From an uncultured delta proteobacterium (GTDB lineage: Bacteria; Myxococcota; Myxococcia; Myxococcales; Myxococcaceae): DNA of 64,000 bases. The translations under genes and the position numbers were made by a program. Where the stretch lies: positions 1 to 64,000 of the forward strand of contig CAVZMH010000014.1 of assembly GCA_963776345.1 (NCBI GenBank). Direction: 5' to 3'. Shown here piece after piece: positions 41,123 through 52,476 of the stretch (positions are counted from its first letter, which is position 1; each line of letters opens with the position of its first letter). The notes beneath the pieces are model-generated. The model had not been told where the DNA came from and made no database searches. It saw only the letters and a list, made by a program, of their open reading frames with translations.

Positions 41123-42932
41123 CTAGACCAGCGCGCCGAGGCCGATGAGCGCCACCGCCAGGTAGAACAGCGACTCGCCGGCGATGAGCCCGCCGCCGAC
41201 CAGCGAGGTGGTGGACATGTCGGCCGGCAGCTCGTCGGTGGCGCCACCCTCCGTGGAGCCGCGTCGCCGGCCGAGCGTGTTCCAGATCGAGCTCAGGATG
41301 CCGCCGGCGCCCCACCAGAGCGCGGTGGGCAGCTCGACGAAGGTGCCGAAGGCGTAGGCGTACGGGCTGGGCAGGAGCACCGAGTCGGCGGTCCAGCCCA
41401 CGGCGAAGCCGAGCCGCGAGCGCTCGACGAAGCTCCGGTACCGGGTGCTCGCCCGGAGGAGCTTCCTGAGCACCTCGACGACCAGGCCCAGCGCGAACCC
41501 GACCTCGAGCGCCACCAGCTGGTGCGTGGGCAGCCGGCCCAGACCGCGGATCGCCCCCACGAACTTGTAGGTCATCGCCGATTGCCACTGGCCGACCTTC
41601 GCCTCGGGGTGGTCGAAGCTGTTCAGCGCCAGCACCGGGTAGGCGTGCATGAAGACGCGGGCCAGCACCACGCAGAGCACCGCGCCCATCCCGATGCCGA
41701 GGACCTGGTAGTAGAACTGCACCCGGCGGTCGGTCCCGAGGCGCCAGCCGGTGGACCGATCCTGCTGCATGTCGACCCCGACCGAGCTGCAGATCAAGAG
41801 CACGGTCGCCGCGGTCATCGCCACCACCGGGTTGCGCAGGCCCATCGCCGACATCAGCAGCACCGAGACCACGAAGGCGCTGGAGATGGGGTTCTGGTCG
41901 CTGACCCCGGTGGAGATGCCGTTGATGAAGACGAAGAGGATGCTCAGGCCGAGGCCGAAGAGGATGTAGCGGGCCGGCTGGTGCATGACCCCGGTGGCGA
42001 CCGCCACCACCGCGCCGGCCCAGAAGAGCACCCAGAGGATCAGCATCCGGGTGGGGAAGCCGCCGCGCTCCGATGTCTCCCGTCCCGCCGGCTGGTGCTG
42101 CGGCGCGCGCTCGGGCGATCGCCTGGCGAGCGATGAGCGTCAGGTCGACCAGGGCCGCGCCCATGATGGAGGCCAGGCCAACCAGGAAGCCGAGGCGGCG
42201 GAACGGCTCGTTCGCGCCGAGCCAGCCATTGGCGCGGAGCCACGGGGTGAGCAGCCATCCGATGAGCCCCACCACCGAGGCGGGCACGGCGATGCGCGAG
42301 CCGACGATGAGGCCTGCGCCCACGTTGGACATGGAGAGCCCGCTCGCGCCAAGCCACGCCACCCGGTCGATGAGCCAGCCTCCGACGGCGCCGAGCCCCG
42401 CGCCCGAGGCGAGGCTGCGCACCGAGCGCTGGAGGAGCGTCTTGTCGGTGAGCGCGCGGATGATGTTGGCGACGGCGTACCCGGACGGGTAGTCGAGCTG
42501 CATCCGGTCGACGAGGATGGGCGTGTAGAGCATCCCCAGCCCCACGCCGAACATCCCCACGCAGGAGATGAAGAGCATCAGCTGCCAGGCGGGCGGCATC
42601 TCCATCCCCAGCCACACCGCGGCCTGGATCAGCACCGCCATCGCGCCGAGCGAGGCGACCGAGGCGGCCATGGTCTGCATGTAGTTGGCGCCGTGCCGGC
42701 CCTGGGCGCCGTAGGGGTAGGTGACGACGCTGCCGAGGATGCCGGCGAGGATCTGCCCGGGGACGAAGATCCCGAGGGTGAAGTTCATGTACGCGGCGGC
42801 CACCCCGCCGAGCGGGCCGAGGATGAGCAGCGCCACCGCGGCGAGCATCAGGTGAAAGCCCACGGTCCCGGGGCGGGGCAGCCAGCGAAACCGCACCTGC
42901 ATCTCGTCGCCGCTCGACACCGTCGTGTCCAT
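41123..42932 (-). CDS. OPT/YSL family oligopeptide transporter (frameshift near 42060)
   Basis: NYMQTMAAS, LDYPSGYAVA, SDQNPISSAF, DMQQDRSTGWRLG, GGGLIAGES. Confidence 0.85.
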
Positions 42933-43345
42933 CCACTCTCCCGCTCGGGGTGAGCGGGCGACCTTCGCACAACGCGCCCCCTCGGGCTCCGGGCACTTGC
43001 GGGTACGTTTGACAGGGACTCGCCGCTCTGGCACTTCCGCGTGCCGCAGCTCCCCGGCCCCGAAGCTGCCTGTGCTCGAAAGGAGGCCACGATGGCGCGC
43101 CTCCCGAGCATCAAGCCGACGAGGCACTGAACAAGACGAAGTCGACCGACGTCTCCCGTCCGGCGTGACGGCGCGACGTCACGTGGCGAGCGGCCCAGTG
43201 GTGCGCGGATGCGCGCGCACGCCCGGGGGATCCGCGGAGTCGCCGCGATCGTTCAACCGGAGATCCGCTGCGCGGGCCCTCGGGGGTCCGCGTGCGCGGA
43301 ACGTCCGCTCGCGCCCTCGTACGGGCCGTGGGCCGGGGGTGAGCC

Positions 43346-43954
43346 ATGGTGTCGGGAACGAAGCTGGAGGCGCTCCTCGGGAAGATCCGGAGGGCGCTCG
43401 ACGAGAGAGGAAGCGCGGAGGCGGCGGAGACGCTGTTCCGCGAGGTGATCGCCGAGGCCCAGCGGCTGGGATTCGCCTCGGCCTACGTGCACTACGTGCT
43501 GGCCGGGGCGCTGGACCGGATGGGAAAGCTGGAGATGGCATTCGACGAGCTCAAGAAGGCAGTGCAGGCCGACCCGCTCGCGCTCCCGGTGCGCCATGCG
43601 TTCCAGGACGTGGCGGCACGGCTGCGCGCTGCGCTCGCCGACCCGACCCGGGCGGCGGACGACGCCGACATCCCGCGTCTGTACACGCTGCTGGTGGAGG
43701 CGGGCGAGGCGGACCTCGAGGCGCATCTCACGATGGTGCGCTTCGCGCTCGCCACCGCGCAGCTCGAGCGGGCGCGCACGCTGGCCGAGGCGGTCACCAC
43801 GCTTCTCCCGGCGGCCCGGGAGGCCTGGGCGGCGCTGGCCCGGGTGGCCCGGGCGCAGGGGGACGTGGCGCTGGCGGCGAAGGCGGACGCCGAGGCCGCG
43901 GTGGCCGAGGTGCAGGCGCCGCTCTTCGGCGTGGTGGGAAAGGCGACGGCATGA
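43346..43954 (+). CDS. TPR-like helical repeat protein
   Basis: SAYVHYVLAGALDRMGKLEMAF..AVQADP; helical composition. Confidence 0.7.
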   Translation: MVSGTKLEALLGKIRRALDERGSAEAAETLFREVIAEAQRLGFASAYVHYVLAGALDRMGKLEMAFDELKKAVQADPLALPVRHAFQDVAARLRAALADPTRAADDADIPRLYTLLVEAGEADLEAHLTMVRFALATAQLERARTLAEAVTTLLPAAREAWAALARVARAQGDVALAAKADAEAAVAEVQAPLFGVVGKATA

Positions 43955-44270
43955 GCCGCCGCGATGCAATCGATGGGGTGGCGGGGCGCAGCGCGGGCCC
44001 CGCCGCCCGCCGTGCCGAGCGCGCGAAACCTCAACTGGGAGGACGGCGAGCTGGCCGACGTGTTCCCGCGGTCCGCGCTCGAGGGTGCCGAGGCGGGGAG
44101 AAGAACCTCTTCTCGCATCTGACGATGAGTCGGTTCGCCCCGGTCGCCGGGCAGCCCGGGGGGCGCGCTCGCGTTGGCCGAGGCCGTCGCGGCGCTCGAC
44201 CCGGGTGAAGCGCAGGCGTGGACGGTGCTTGCCTCCGGGGCGGGGAGAAGGCCCGGGGCCTCCCGGCAGG
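43951..44270 (+). pseudogene. Degenerate paralog of the upstream TPR gene's C-terminal half (or low-quality consensus)
   Basis: ATG overlaps the upstream stop. Frame-hopping gives EKNLFSHLTMSRFA..ALALAEAVAALDPGEAQAWTVLA, versus upstream EADLEAHLTMVRFA..ARTLAEAVTTLLPAAREAWAALA. Confidence 0.5.
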
Positions 44271-44271
44271 G

Positions 44272-44350
44272 AAGGGGTGAACTGGTCAAGAAACGCACTT
44301 GTCTATTTCCTGGAAATAGTCAGGTGCGTTTCCTGTCTAGTTGACCCCTT
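44272..44350. repeat. 79-bp imperfect palindrome (REP-like)
   Basis: 39-nt arms around T44311 with 33/39 complementary positions; AT-richer than flanks; between convergent genes. Confidence 0.85.
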
Positions 44351-44604
44351 TGTTCCGCGCGCCTCCGGCCACATCCCAAGCCGTTCCCGGCCGGGGACGA
44401 GCGGGTTCCCGTTGAGCGCCCGGAGCGTGCGCGCACGCCGGCCGGAATTGCAGCACTGGCAGCGCTCTGGCCGCCGCCGTTCCGTTATCGAGAGCGGTCC
44501 CGGCCGCGGCCCCGAGCGCCGGAGGCGCGCGCAGGCCGGACGGGAATGCGCCCCGCTCCCGGCACCCGGCACGCCGTCCTGCCAGGGCCCTCCTGCTGCC
44601 GCGC

Positions 44605-46257
<1,653 letters not shown>

Positions 46258-46260
46258 GGC

Positions 46261-46782
46261 CTACTCCACGGTGAGCAGCTTGGCGTTGGCCTCCACCGCG
46301 CTGCCCTCCTTCGCGAACACCTCGATCACGGTGCCCGCCTTGGGGCTCTTCAGCTCGTTCTCCATCTTCATCGCCTCGACCACCACCAGGCCCTCGCCCT
46401 CGGCCACCTGGGCGCCGGGAGCCACCAGCACCCGCACCACCTTGCCCGGCATGGGCGCGGTGACGATCACCTTGCCGCTCACGCTGAACCCTGCGGCCCC
46501 GGCGCGCAAGCGGACCGAGCGCTCGTCGGCCACGTCCACCGTGAGCAGCTCGAAGCCGACCAGGACCTGGACCTCGTCGCCCGACTCGTCGAGCTCGACG
46601 TCGTGCGAGCGCCCGTCCACCAGGAGCGAGACCGCGCCGTGCGCCAGGACCAGCGCGTCGACGGTGTGCGCGGTGCCGTCGATGGTGAGGACGTACCGGC
46701 CCCCGCCCAGGGCCTCGATGTCCACGGGGACCGAGTCCTTCGCTCCGCGGACGCGCGTGACGTAGCGCTTGGGTGCGCTCAT
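46261..46782 (-). CDS. Biotin carboxyl carrier protein
   Basis: APMPGKVV, VEAMKMENE. Confidence 0.93.
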   Translation of the reverse strand: MSAPKRYVTRVRGAKDSVPVDIEALGGGRYVLTIDGTAHTVDALVLAHGAVSLLVDGRSHDVELDESGDEVQVLVGFELLTVDVADERSVRLRAGAAGFSVSGKVIVTAPMPGKVVRVLVAPGAQVAEGEGLVVVEAMKMENELKSPKAGTVIEVFAKEGSAVEANAKLLTVE

Positions 46783-48293
46783 CGCCGGCTCCCGCGCGCC
46801 CGCTGCCGCCACGGGGAGGGACCCGAGGTCCTGGTCTCCGGCGCCAGGGTGCGCTGCCTCCGCGCATCCCGCTGGTAGGCGTCCACCACCGCGGCGAGCA
46901 GCGCCACCTCGCCGAGGGCGTGATCGTGACGCCCGAGCAGGGCGGTGTGGGCCCGGGGCAGGAAGCCGGTGTCGTAGTTGCCGCCCACGAAGTCGGGGTG
47001 CTCGAGAACCGCGCGCAGATAGCGGATGTTGGTGGTGATGCCCTTCACCACGTACTCGTCCAGGGCACGCTTCATCCGGGCGACGGCCTCGGGCCGGGTC
47101 GGCGCCCAGACCGAGAGCTTGGAGATCATCGGGTCGTAGGCCGTGGGCACGGTGTAGCCCGGGTACACGCCCGAGTCGTCGCGCACGTTCGGCCCGGAGG
47201 GCGCGCGGAGATAGGTGATGCGCCCGGGGCTGGGCATGAAATTCTGCCCCGGGTCCTCGGCGTAGACGCGCACCTCGATGCTGTGACCGTGCGGCGGCTG
47301 GGTGCGGAACCCGAGCGCCTCGCCGCGGGCGACGCGGATCTGCCAGGCGACCAGGTCCAGGCCGGTGACCCACTCGGTCACCGGGTGCTCCACTTGAAGG
47401 CGGGTGTTCATCTCCAGGAAGTAGAAGTGGCGGTGCCTGTCGACGAGGAACTCCACCGTGCCCGCGCCGACGTAGCTCACCGCCCTCGCCGCCTTCACCG
47501 CCACCTCGCCCATCGCCGCGCGCATCTCGGGGGTGAGGATGGGGGAGGGCGTCTCCTCGATGACCTTCTGGTGCCGCCGCTGCGCCGAGCACTCCCGCTC
47601 GTTGAGGTGCACCGTGTTCCCCGCCTGGTCGGCGAAGACCTGGATCTCCACGTGGTGCGGCTCCTCGAGATATTTCTCGAGGTACACGGCGTCGTTGCCG
47701 AAGGCGTTCAGCGCCTCGCTCTGGGCCGAGCGCCATGCCGAGTCGAACTCGGCCGCGCGCTCCACCCGCCGCATCCCCTTCCCGCCGCCGCCGCCAGCGG
47801 CCTTGAGCATCACCGGGAAGCCGATCTTCTGGGCGTAAGCGCGGGCCTCGGTGACCGACGGGAAGGGCGCCGTGCTGCCGGGCACCACCGGGACACCGGC
47901 CTTCTCCATGTTCGCCCGGGCCCGGGTCTTCTCGCCCATGGCGTCCATCGCCGAGGCGGGCGGGCCGATGAAGACCAGCCCGGCCGCGTCGCAGGCCCGG
48001 ACGAAGGCGGCGTTCTCGCTCAGGAACCCGTACCCGGGGTGGATGGCGTCCGCGCCGGAGGCCTTCGCGGCATCGAGGACCCGCTCGAAGCTCAGGTAGG
48101 ACTCGCGCGAGGGTGGGGGGCCGACCCGGAACGCCTCGTCGGCCATGCGCACGTGGAGCGCGGCGCGGTCCGCGTCCGAGTAGACGGCCACGGTGGGGAT
48201 GCCGAGCTCCCGGCACGAGCGGATGACCCGGACGGCGATCTCCCCTCGGTTGGCGATCAGGACCTTCCGGATGGGTCTGGTTCCCGGGGCCAC
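46779..48293 (-). CDS. Acetyl/propionyl-CoA carboxylase, biotin carboxylase subunit
   Basis: KVLIANRGEIA, HPGYGFLSEN, GGGGKGMR, ERECSAQRRHQK, EMNTRLQVEHPVTE. Confidence 0.95.
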   Translation of the reverse strand: MAPGTRPIRKVLIANRGEIAVRVIRSCRELGIPTVAVYSDADRAALHVRMADEAFRVGPPPSRESYLSFERVLDAAKASGADAIHPGYGFLSENAAFVRACDAAGLVFIGPPASAMDAMGEKTRARANMEKAGVPVVPGSTAPFPSVTEARAYAQKIGFPVMLKAAGGGGGKGMRRVERAAEFDSAWRSAQSEALNAFGNDAVYLEKYLEEPHHVEIQVFADQAGNTVHLNERECSAQRRHQKVIEETPSPILTPEMRAAMGEVAVKAARAVSYVGAGTVEFLVDRHRHFYFLEMNTRLQVEHPVTEWVTGLDLVAWQIRVARGEALGFRTQPPHGHSIEVRVYAEDPGQNFMPSPGRITYLRAPSGPNVRDDSGVYPGYTVPTAYDPMISKLSVWAPTRPEAVARMKRALDEYVVKGITTNIRYLRAVLEHPDFVGGNYDTGFLPRAHTALLGRHDHALGEVALLAAVVDAYQRDARRQRTLAPETRTSGPSPWRQRARGSRR

Positions 48294-48367
48294 GCCGTTC
48301 GCTTAGCACGGGCGAGGGTGACCGGGCGCTCAGGGACACCGAGATCTCGCTAAGGTCCGTTCCCGCG

Positions 48368-49492
48368 TTGGCCGGACCTCACCACGTCGTCCTCGTCCCG
48401 GGCTTCTTCGGCTTCGCCAACCTGGGCGACTTCACCTACTTCGGGCACGTGCGCGAGCTGCTCGGCGAGGTGGGCCCCCCGGCCGGCCTCGACGGGGAGG
48501 TCCGCATCGTCCTCACCGAGCCGTCGTCCTCGCTGCCCCGCCGGGCCGCGCTCCTCGCCGAGGCGATCCACCGCCTGCTCGAGCAGCGCGGGGGGGTGGT
48601 GAGCATCGTCGGCCACTCCACCGGCGCGCTCGACGCGCGGCTGATGCTCAGCCCCGGCTCCATCCTCCCCACCAAGGTGGACGTCGAGCAGTGCGCCGCC
48701 GCGGTGCACGGGGTGGTCGGCGTGTCCGCACCCCACCATGGCACGCCGCTCGCCCAGCACTTCACCTCGCTGTTCGGGGGCCAGCTGCTGAAGCTGCTCT
48801 CGCTGGCCACGGTGTACTCGCTTCGCACCGGGCGGCTCCCGGTGGGCGTGGCGCTCCGGCTCGCGCGCCTGCTCCGCCGGAAGGACGCAACCCCCACCGG
48901 CGTGGTGGACCAGCTCTACCTCCAGCTGCTGTCCGACTTCGCCGGCAAGCGCCGCCGCGCCATCGAGCAGTTCTTCTCCAGCGTGCACAGCGACCAGGGG
49001 CTGGTGCCGCAGCTCGCCCCGAGGGCCATGGAGCTCTTCAACGCCGCGACCGCCGACCGCCCGGGCGTCCGCTACGGCGAGGTGGTGACCCGGGCGCGTC
49101 CCCCGGGGCTGCGCTCGCTCACCCGGGCCGGGTTCAGCCCCTACGCCCAGACGACCCACGCGCTCTACGTGGTGCTGTACCGGCTCGCCCGCGGCCGACC
49201 CACCGATCCGCCCGGGCATCTCTCGCCCGAGCACCGGAAGTTCCTCCGCCGCGCCTACGGGAAGGCGCCCGACCACACCGCCAACGACGGCATCGTCCCC
49301 ACGCTGAGCCAGGTGCGCGGCCAGCTCGTCGCGGCGGTGTGGGCGGACCACCACGACGTGCTCGGGCACTTCCACAAGCCGCGGCACGTCCCGCCGCACT
49401 TCGACTGGGTCGCCTCGGGCACCGGCTTCGACCGGGAGCACTTCGAGGCGGTGTGGAAGGCGGTGGCGCGCTTCCTCGGCGAGGCGCGCTAG
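48368..49492 (+). CDS. Lipase/esterase (alpha/beta hydrolase)
   Basis: VLVPGFFGF, GHSTG nucleophile elbow, PHHGTP, NDGIVP, DHHDVLGH. Confidence 0.85.
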   Translation: MAGPHHVVLVPGFFGFANLGDFTYFGHVRELLGEVGPPAGLDGEVRIVLTEPSSSLPRRAALLAEAIHRLLEQRGGVVSIVGHSTGALDARLMLSPGSILPTKVDVEQCAAAVHGVVGVSAPHHGTPLAQHFTSLFGGQLLKLLSLATVYSLRTGRLPVGVALRLARLLRRKDATPTGVVDQLYLQLLSDFAGKRRRAIEQFFSSVHSDQGLVPQLAPRAMELFNAATADRPGVRYGEVVTRARPPGLRSLTRAGFSPYAQTTHALYVVLYRLARGRPTDPPGHLSPEHRKFLRRAYGKAPDHTANDGIVPTLSQVRGQLVAAVWADHHDVLGHFHKPRHVPPHFDWVASGTGFDREHFEAVWKAVARFLGEAR

Positions 49493-49520
49493 AGGACCCG
49501 ATCGGCGGCCCGTGCGGAGC

Positions 49521-50477
49521 TCACGCGGCCGACGGTGGCACCGAGGGAGCCGGGGTGGAGGCCGGCTCGGCCTGGGCCGCACCGGCGCCCGGGCGCAGGC
49601 GCGCGGCGATCCACCGCATCCAGCCCGGGGTGATGATCTGCTCGCGCCGGATGGCGACGACCAGGAAGGCGGCGCCCAGGGCGGTCCCGAGCACCATCGC
49701 CGGGAGCCCCGCCTCGGGCCCGAACGCCCCGCCGGTCAGGAGCGACGGCCCGGGGAACGTCGCCTGCGCCAGCACGCCGATGTCGTTGCCGGAGACCAGC
49801 GAGCCCCACACCGGGCCCTCGACGAGGTTCCACGCCCAGTGGATGCCGATGGGGAGCCAGAGCGAGCGGGTGGCCACGTAGGCCGCGGCGAGCAGCCCTC
49901 CGGCCTCGATGGCGATGGCGACGCTGCTCATCCAGGTGGCGCCCGGATTCCCGCGGTGCCCGAAGCCGAAGAAGAGCGCGCTCACCAGCATCGCCAGCCA
50001 GGTCCCGATGCCCTGCTCGAGGAGCCGGAAGACGATGCCCCGCATCGCGACCTCCTCGAAGATTCCCACCGCGAGGAACAGGAGGACCACCTTGCCGAGC
50101 AGGAGCGCGCGGCCGGTCCCCTCGGGCAGCGGCGCCCAGCCGAGGATGCGGTAGCTGCCTGCCAGCGCCAGCACCCCGGTCACCGCGGTGAGCAGCGCCG
50201 CGCCGAGCAGGAAGCCGCGCAGCGTGTCCGGCACCGCGCGTGCCGGAGCGAGCCCCGCATCGCGCGGCCGCCTGCCCTCGAAGAGGAGGAGGCCGAGCGT
50301 GAAGACCACCAGGGTCATCACCGCGTTCCGGACCGAGCCCGCCAGCGTGACGTTGGGCAGTCTGGCGACGGACGGAGCGACCCAGTGCAGAAGGCGCACC
50401 AGCAGATAGGCCAGGACACCGGTCCAGACCAGTCGCGGGAGGGGGGCGAGGAGGATGCGTCGGAGCAGTGCAGGCAT
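49521..50477 (-). CDS. CPBP (CAAX/Abi) family intramembrane metalloprotease
   Basis: FEEVAMRG, FGFGH, IHWAWN, LTGGAFGPEAG. Confidence 0.92.
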   Translation of the reverse strand: MPALLRRILLAPLPRLVWTGVLAYLLVRLLHWVAPSVARLPNVTLAGSVRNAVMTLVVFTLGLLLFEGRRPRDAGLAPARAVPDTLRGFLLGAALLTAVTGVLALAGSYRILGWAPLPEGTGRALLLGKVVLLFLAVGIFEEVAMRGIVFRLLEQGIGTWLAMLVSALFFGFGHRGNPGATWMSSVAIAIEAGGLLAAAYVATRSLWLPIGIHWAWNLVEGPVWGSLVSGNDIGVLAQATFPGPSLLTGGAFGPEAGLPAMVLGTALGAAFLVVAIRREQIITPGWMRWIAARLRPGAGAAQAEPASTPAPSVPPSAA

Positions 50478-50585
50478 TCGGGACCGGGGTGACAGACGGC
50501 CAGGAGGCGCGCCGATTGCCTAGTCCGGGGCGCAGGAGTCTCGCCAGCCTCCAGGCGACCGTCCGCAGGCCGTGCGCCCGCGGGC

Positions 50586-50936
50586 TCAGCCGCTGATCGG
50601 GAAGATCAGGCGCAGCCGCTGGAACATCTGCCGCGGGCACTCGACCGGCCGGTTGCACGACCGCGGCACCTCGCGGCGGCAGACGTGGACCTGCTTCTCC
50701 TCCGGCTCGCGGGCCGGAGGCGCCTCGCGGAGCAGCCCGGGCGCGGCGAGCACGCCCAGCCCGGCGGCCCTGGCCGCCGTGGTCCCGTGACCGCCGGCAG
50801 TCGCGACCAGGGTCGGGGCGAGGTGCGCCAGGACCGACGCCGCGCGCCAGGCCGAGGACGGAACCAGCGCGGCGCCGGCGAGGAGCAGGACCAAGGCGGC
50901 GATGGAGCAGGCGACGACCGGGGAGTCCTTGCGCAT
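50586..50936 (-). CDS. Small hypothetical membrane/secreted protein
   Basis: MRKDSPVVACSIAALVLLLAGAALV.. with Cys-containing C-terminus; co-oriented between the sdpB-like and CPBP genes. Confidence 0.45.
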   Translation of the reverse strand: MRKDSPVVACSIAALVLLLAGAALVPSSAWRAASVLAHLAPTLVATAGGHGTTAARAAGLGVLAAPGLLREAPPAREPEEKQVHVCRREVPRSCNRPVECPRQMFQRLRLIFPISG

Positions 50937-51054
50937 GGCGTACCTCGCGGTACCCGGGGAAATGTCACGGGGCCCGGGCCGGGGCAAGGCGGGGTCGCAG
51001 GGGTTGCAGCCGGCCTGGCACCGGCTGCAGGGAAGCGCGCCCTGGCCCTCCGCG

Positions 51055-51972
51055 TCAGCCGCCGACGGGTGGTGCGTACGACACGTGCTCCACGGGCTTC
51101 GCGGTGCGCGGCGCCGGCCGCCGGGCGAGCTGCGGGAGCGCGAAGGGGCGCCACCACGGCCGCAGGTAGAGGACCAGCGCGGCGGACATCGCGATGGCGA
51201 ACGACGGCAGGCCATGGACCAGCGCGATCCCGAGGTGGAACACGATGGCCACCGGAAGCAGACGGAGGCGGAACCGGGTGGGCGCGACGAGGGCCGCGGC
51301 GAGGCATAGCTCGAAGACCAGCACGCTCCAGGTCAGCGGAACCACCAGCACCGTCGGGCCGATCCGGTCGGTGATCCAGCGCATGACGCCGACGGTTCCG
51401 AACTTCGGGTGGATCCACCAGTAGTAGAGCGCGGTGCCGTTCGCCCACTCCTCGGTGGGGAACTTCAACACCGCGGCGAAGAGGTAGATGACCGAGATCT
51501 GGAGGCGGAGGAGGAGCAGACCCGTCTGAGCGGTGATCGACGCCACGACTCCGCCGTCGCCCGTTCCCTGCCACTGCCAGACGCGCCGGTCGGTGAGCGC
51601 CACCGGGATGAGCAGCAGACTGAGCGTCGCGGCGACCTGGTCCCCGCCGTCGATGACCGAGGCCGAGGCGGCGAAGCTGTACGAGATCCACCAGTGCGGA
51701 ATGGCGGTGAGCCGGGGCCGCCAGCCCACGATGACCAGCACCAGCACCACGATCGCCAGGAGCTTCGCCAGGACCAGGTGATTCCGGGCGAGGAAGAAGA
51801 GGCTCGCCCCGGCGATGGCCCGGCGATCGATGATCCCCACGTCCTCGATGAGCAACGGCTGGAACAGCTGGTCGGTGGAGCTGGCCAGGAGCGTGAGGAG
51901 CGTCGCCGTGGCGAGCAGCGAGCGGCCCACGCCATAGACGTTCGTCCAGGGTCTATCCGCGCGGGTCAGCAC
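51055..51972 (-). CDS. sdpB: SdpB family (HTTM-domain) antimicrobial peptide maturation membrane protein
   Basis: PWTNVYGVGRSLLA, GWRPRLTAIPHWW, IDGGDQVA, LTDRRVWQW, RLQISVIY, EWANGTALYYW, FHLGIA. Confidence 0.88.
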   Translation of the reverse strand: MLTRADRPWTNVYGVGRSLLATATLLTLLASSTDQLFQPLLIEDVGIIDRRAIAGASLFFLARNHLVLAKLLAIVVLVLVIVGWRPRLTAIPHWWISYSFAASASVIDGGDQVAATLSLLLIPVALTDRRVWQWQGTGDGGVVASITAQTGLLLLRLQISVIYLFAAVLKFPTEEWANGTALYYWWIHPKFGTVGVMRWITDRIGPTVLVVPLTWSVLVFELCLAAALVAPTRFRLRLLPVAIVFHLGIALVHGLPSFAIAMSAALVLYLRPWWRPFALPQLARRPAPRTAKPVEHVSYAPPVGG

Positions 51973-52475
51973 TGGACGTTCAGCAAGGCATACGTCGCGG
52001 GGAGCGCGATCTTGCCGCTCGAGCGCGCCCAGGCCCAAGGGACCGGCGTGCGCGAGAGGAGCAGCACCTCACCGCAGAGCTGCGGATGCCGGGCGAGGTT
52101 TCTCACCGTCAGCCCGGGTCCGGTGGTCTCGGGAAATTGACCGGGCGCGAGGGTGGCACCCGACCACTCTGTCCCGATCTGCGAGACCAGGGTCCGGAGC
52201 TCGGAGCTGTGGTGCACCGGCCCGCGCCGGAGGCCAAGGAGGTTGCCTGCGCTGGCGAACGGCGCGTCGGCCTGCACCCAGGCGCCGTCGCGCCAGCGGA
52301 ACGCCTGGAGCCGGTCCTGGAGCGGCGCCGCGAAGTAGCCCCAGAACTGTGGGGCGATGGCGAGCATCTGCAGCCGCCGCGTGGTCGACGGCCGCAGAGG
52401 GGACTCCAGCCAGGCGACGCAGGTCAGGCAGACGATCGCTCCGGCGAGGATCGTCGCCACGCGCCGCGGGCGCAC
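51966..52475 (-). CDS. sdpA: SdpA family antimicrobial peptide system protein
   Basis: N-terminal TM, PQFWGYF, NLLGLRR, LCGEVLL..PVPWAWA; overlaps the sdpB-like start. Confidence 0.8.
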   Translation of the reverse strand: MRPRRVATILAGAIVCLTCVAWLESPLRPSTTRRLQMLAIAPQFWGYFAAPLQDRLQAFRWRDGAWVQADAPFASAGNLLGLRRGPVHHSSELRTLVSQIGTEWSGATLAPGQFPETTGPGLTVRNLARHPQLCGEVLLLSRTPVPWAWARSSGKIALPATYALLNVQC

Positions 52476-52476
52476 C

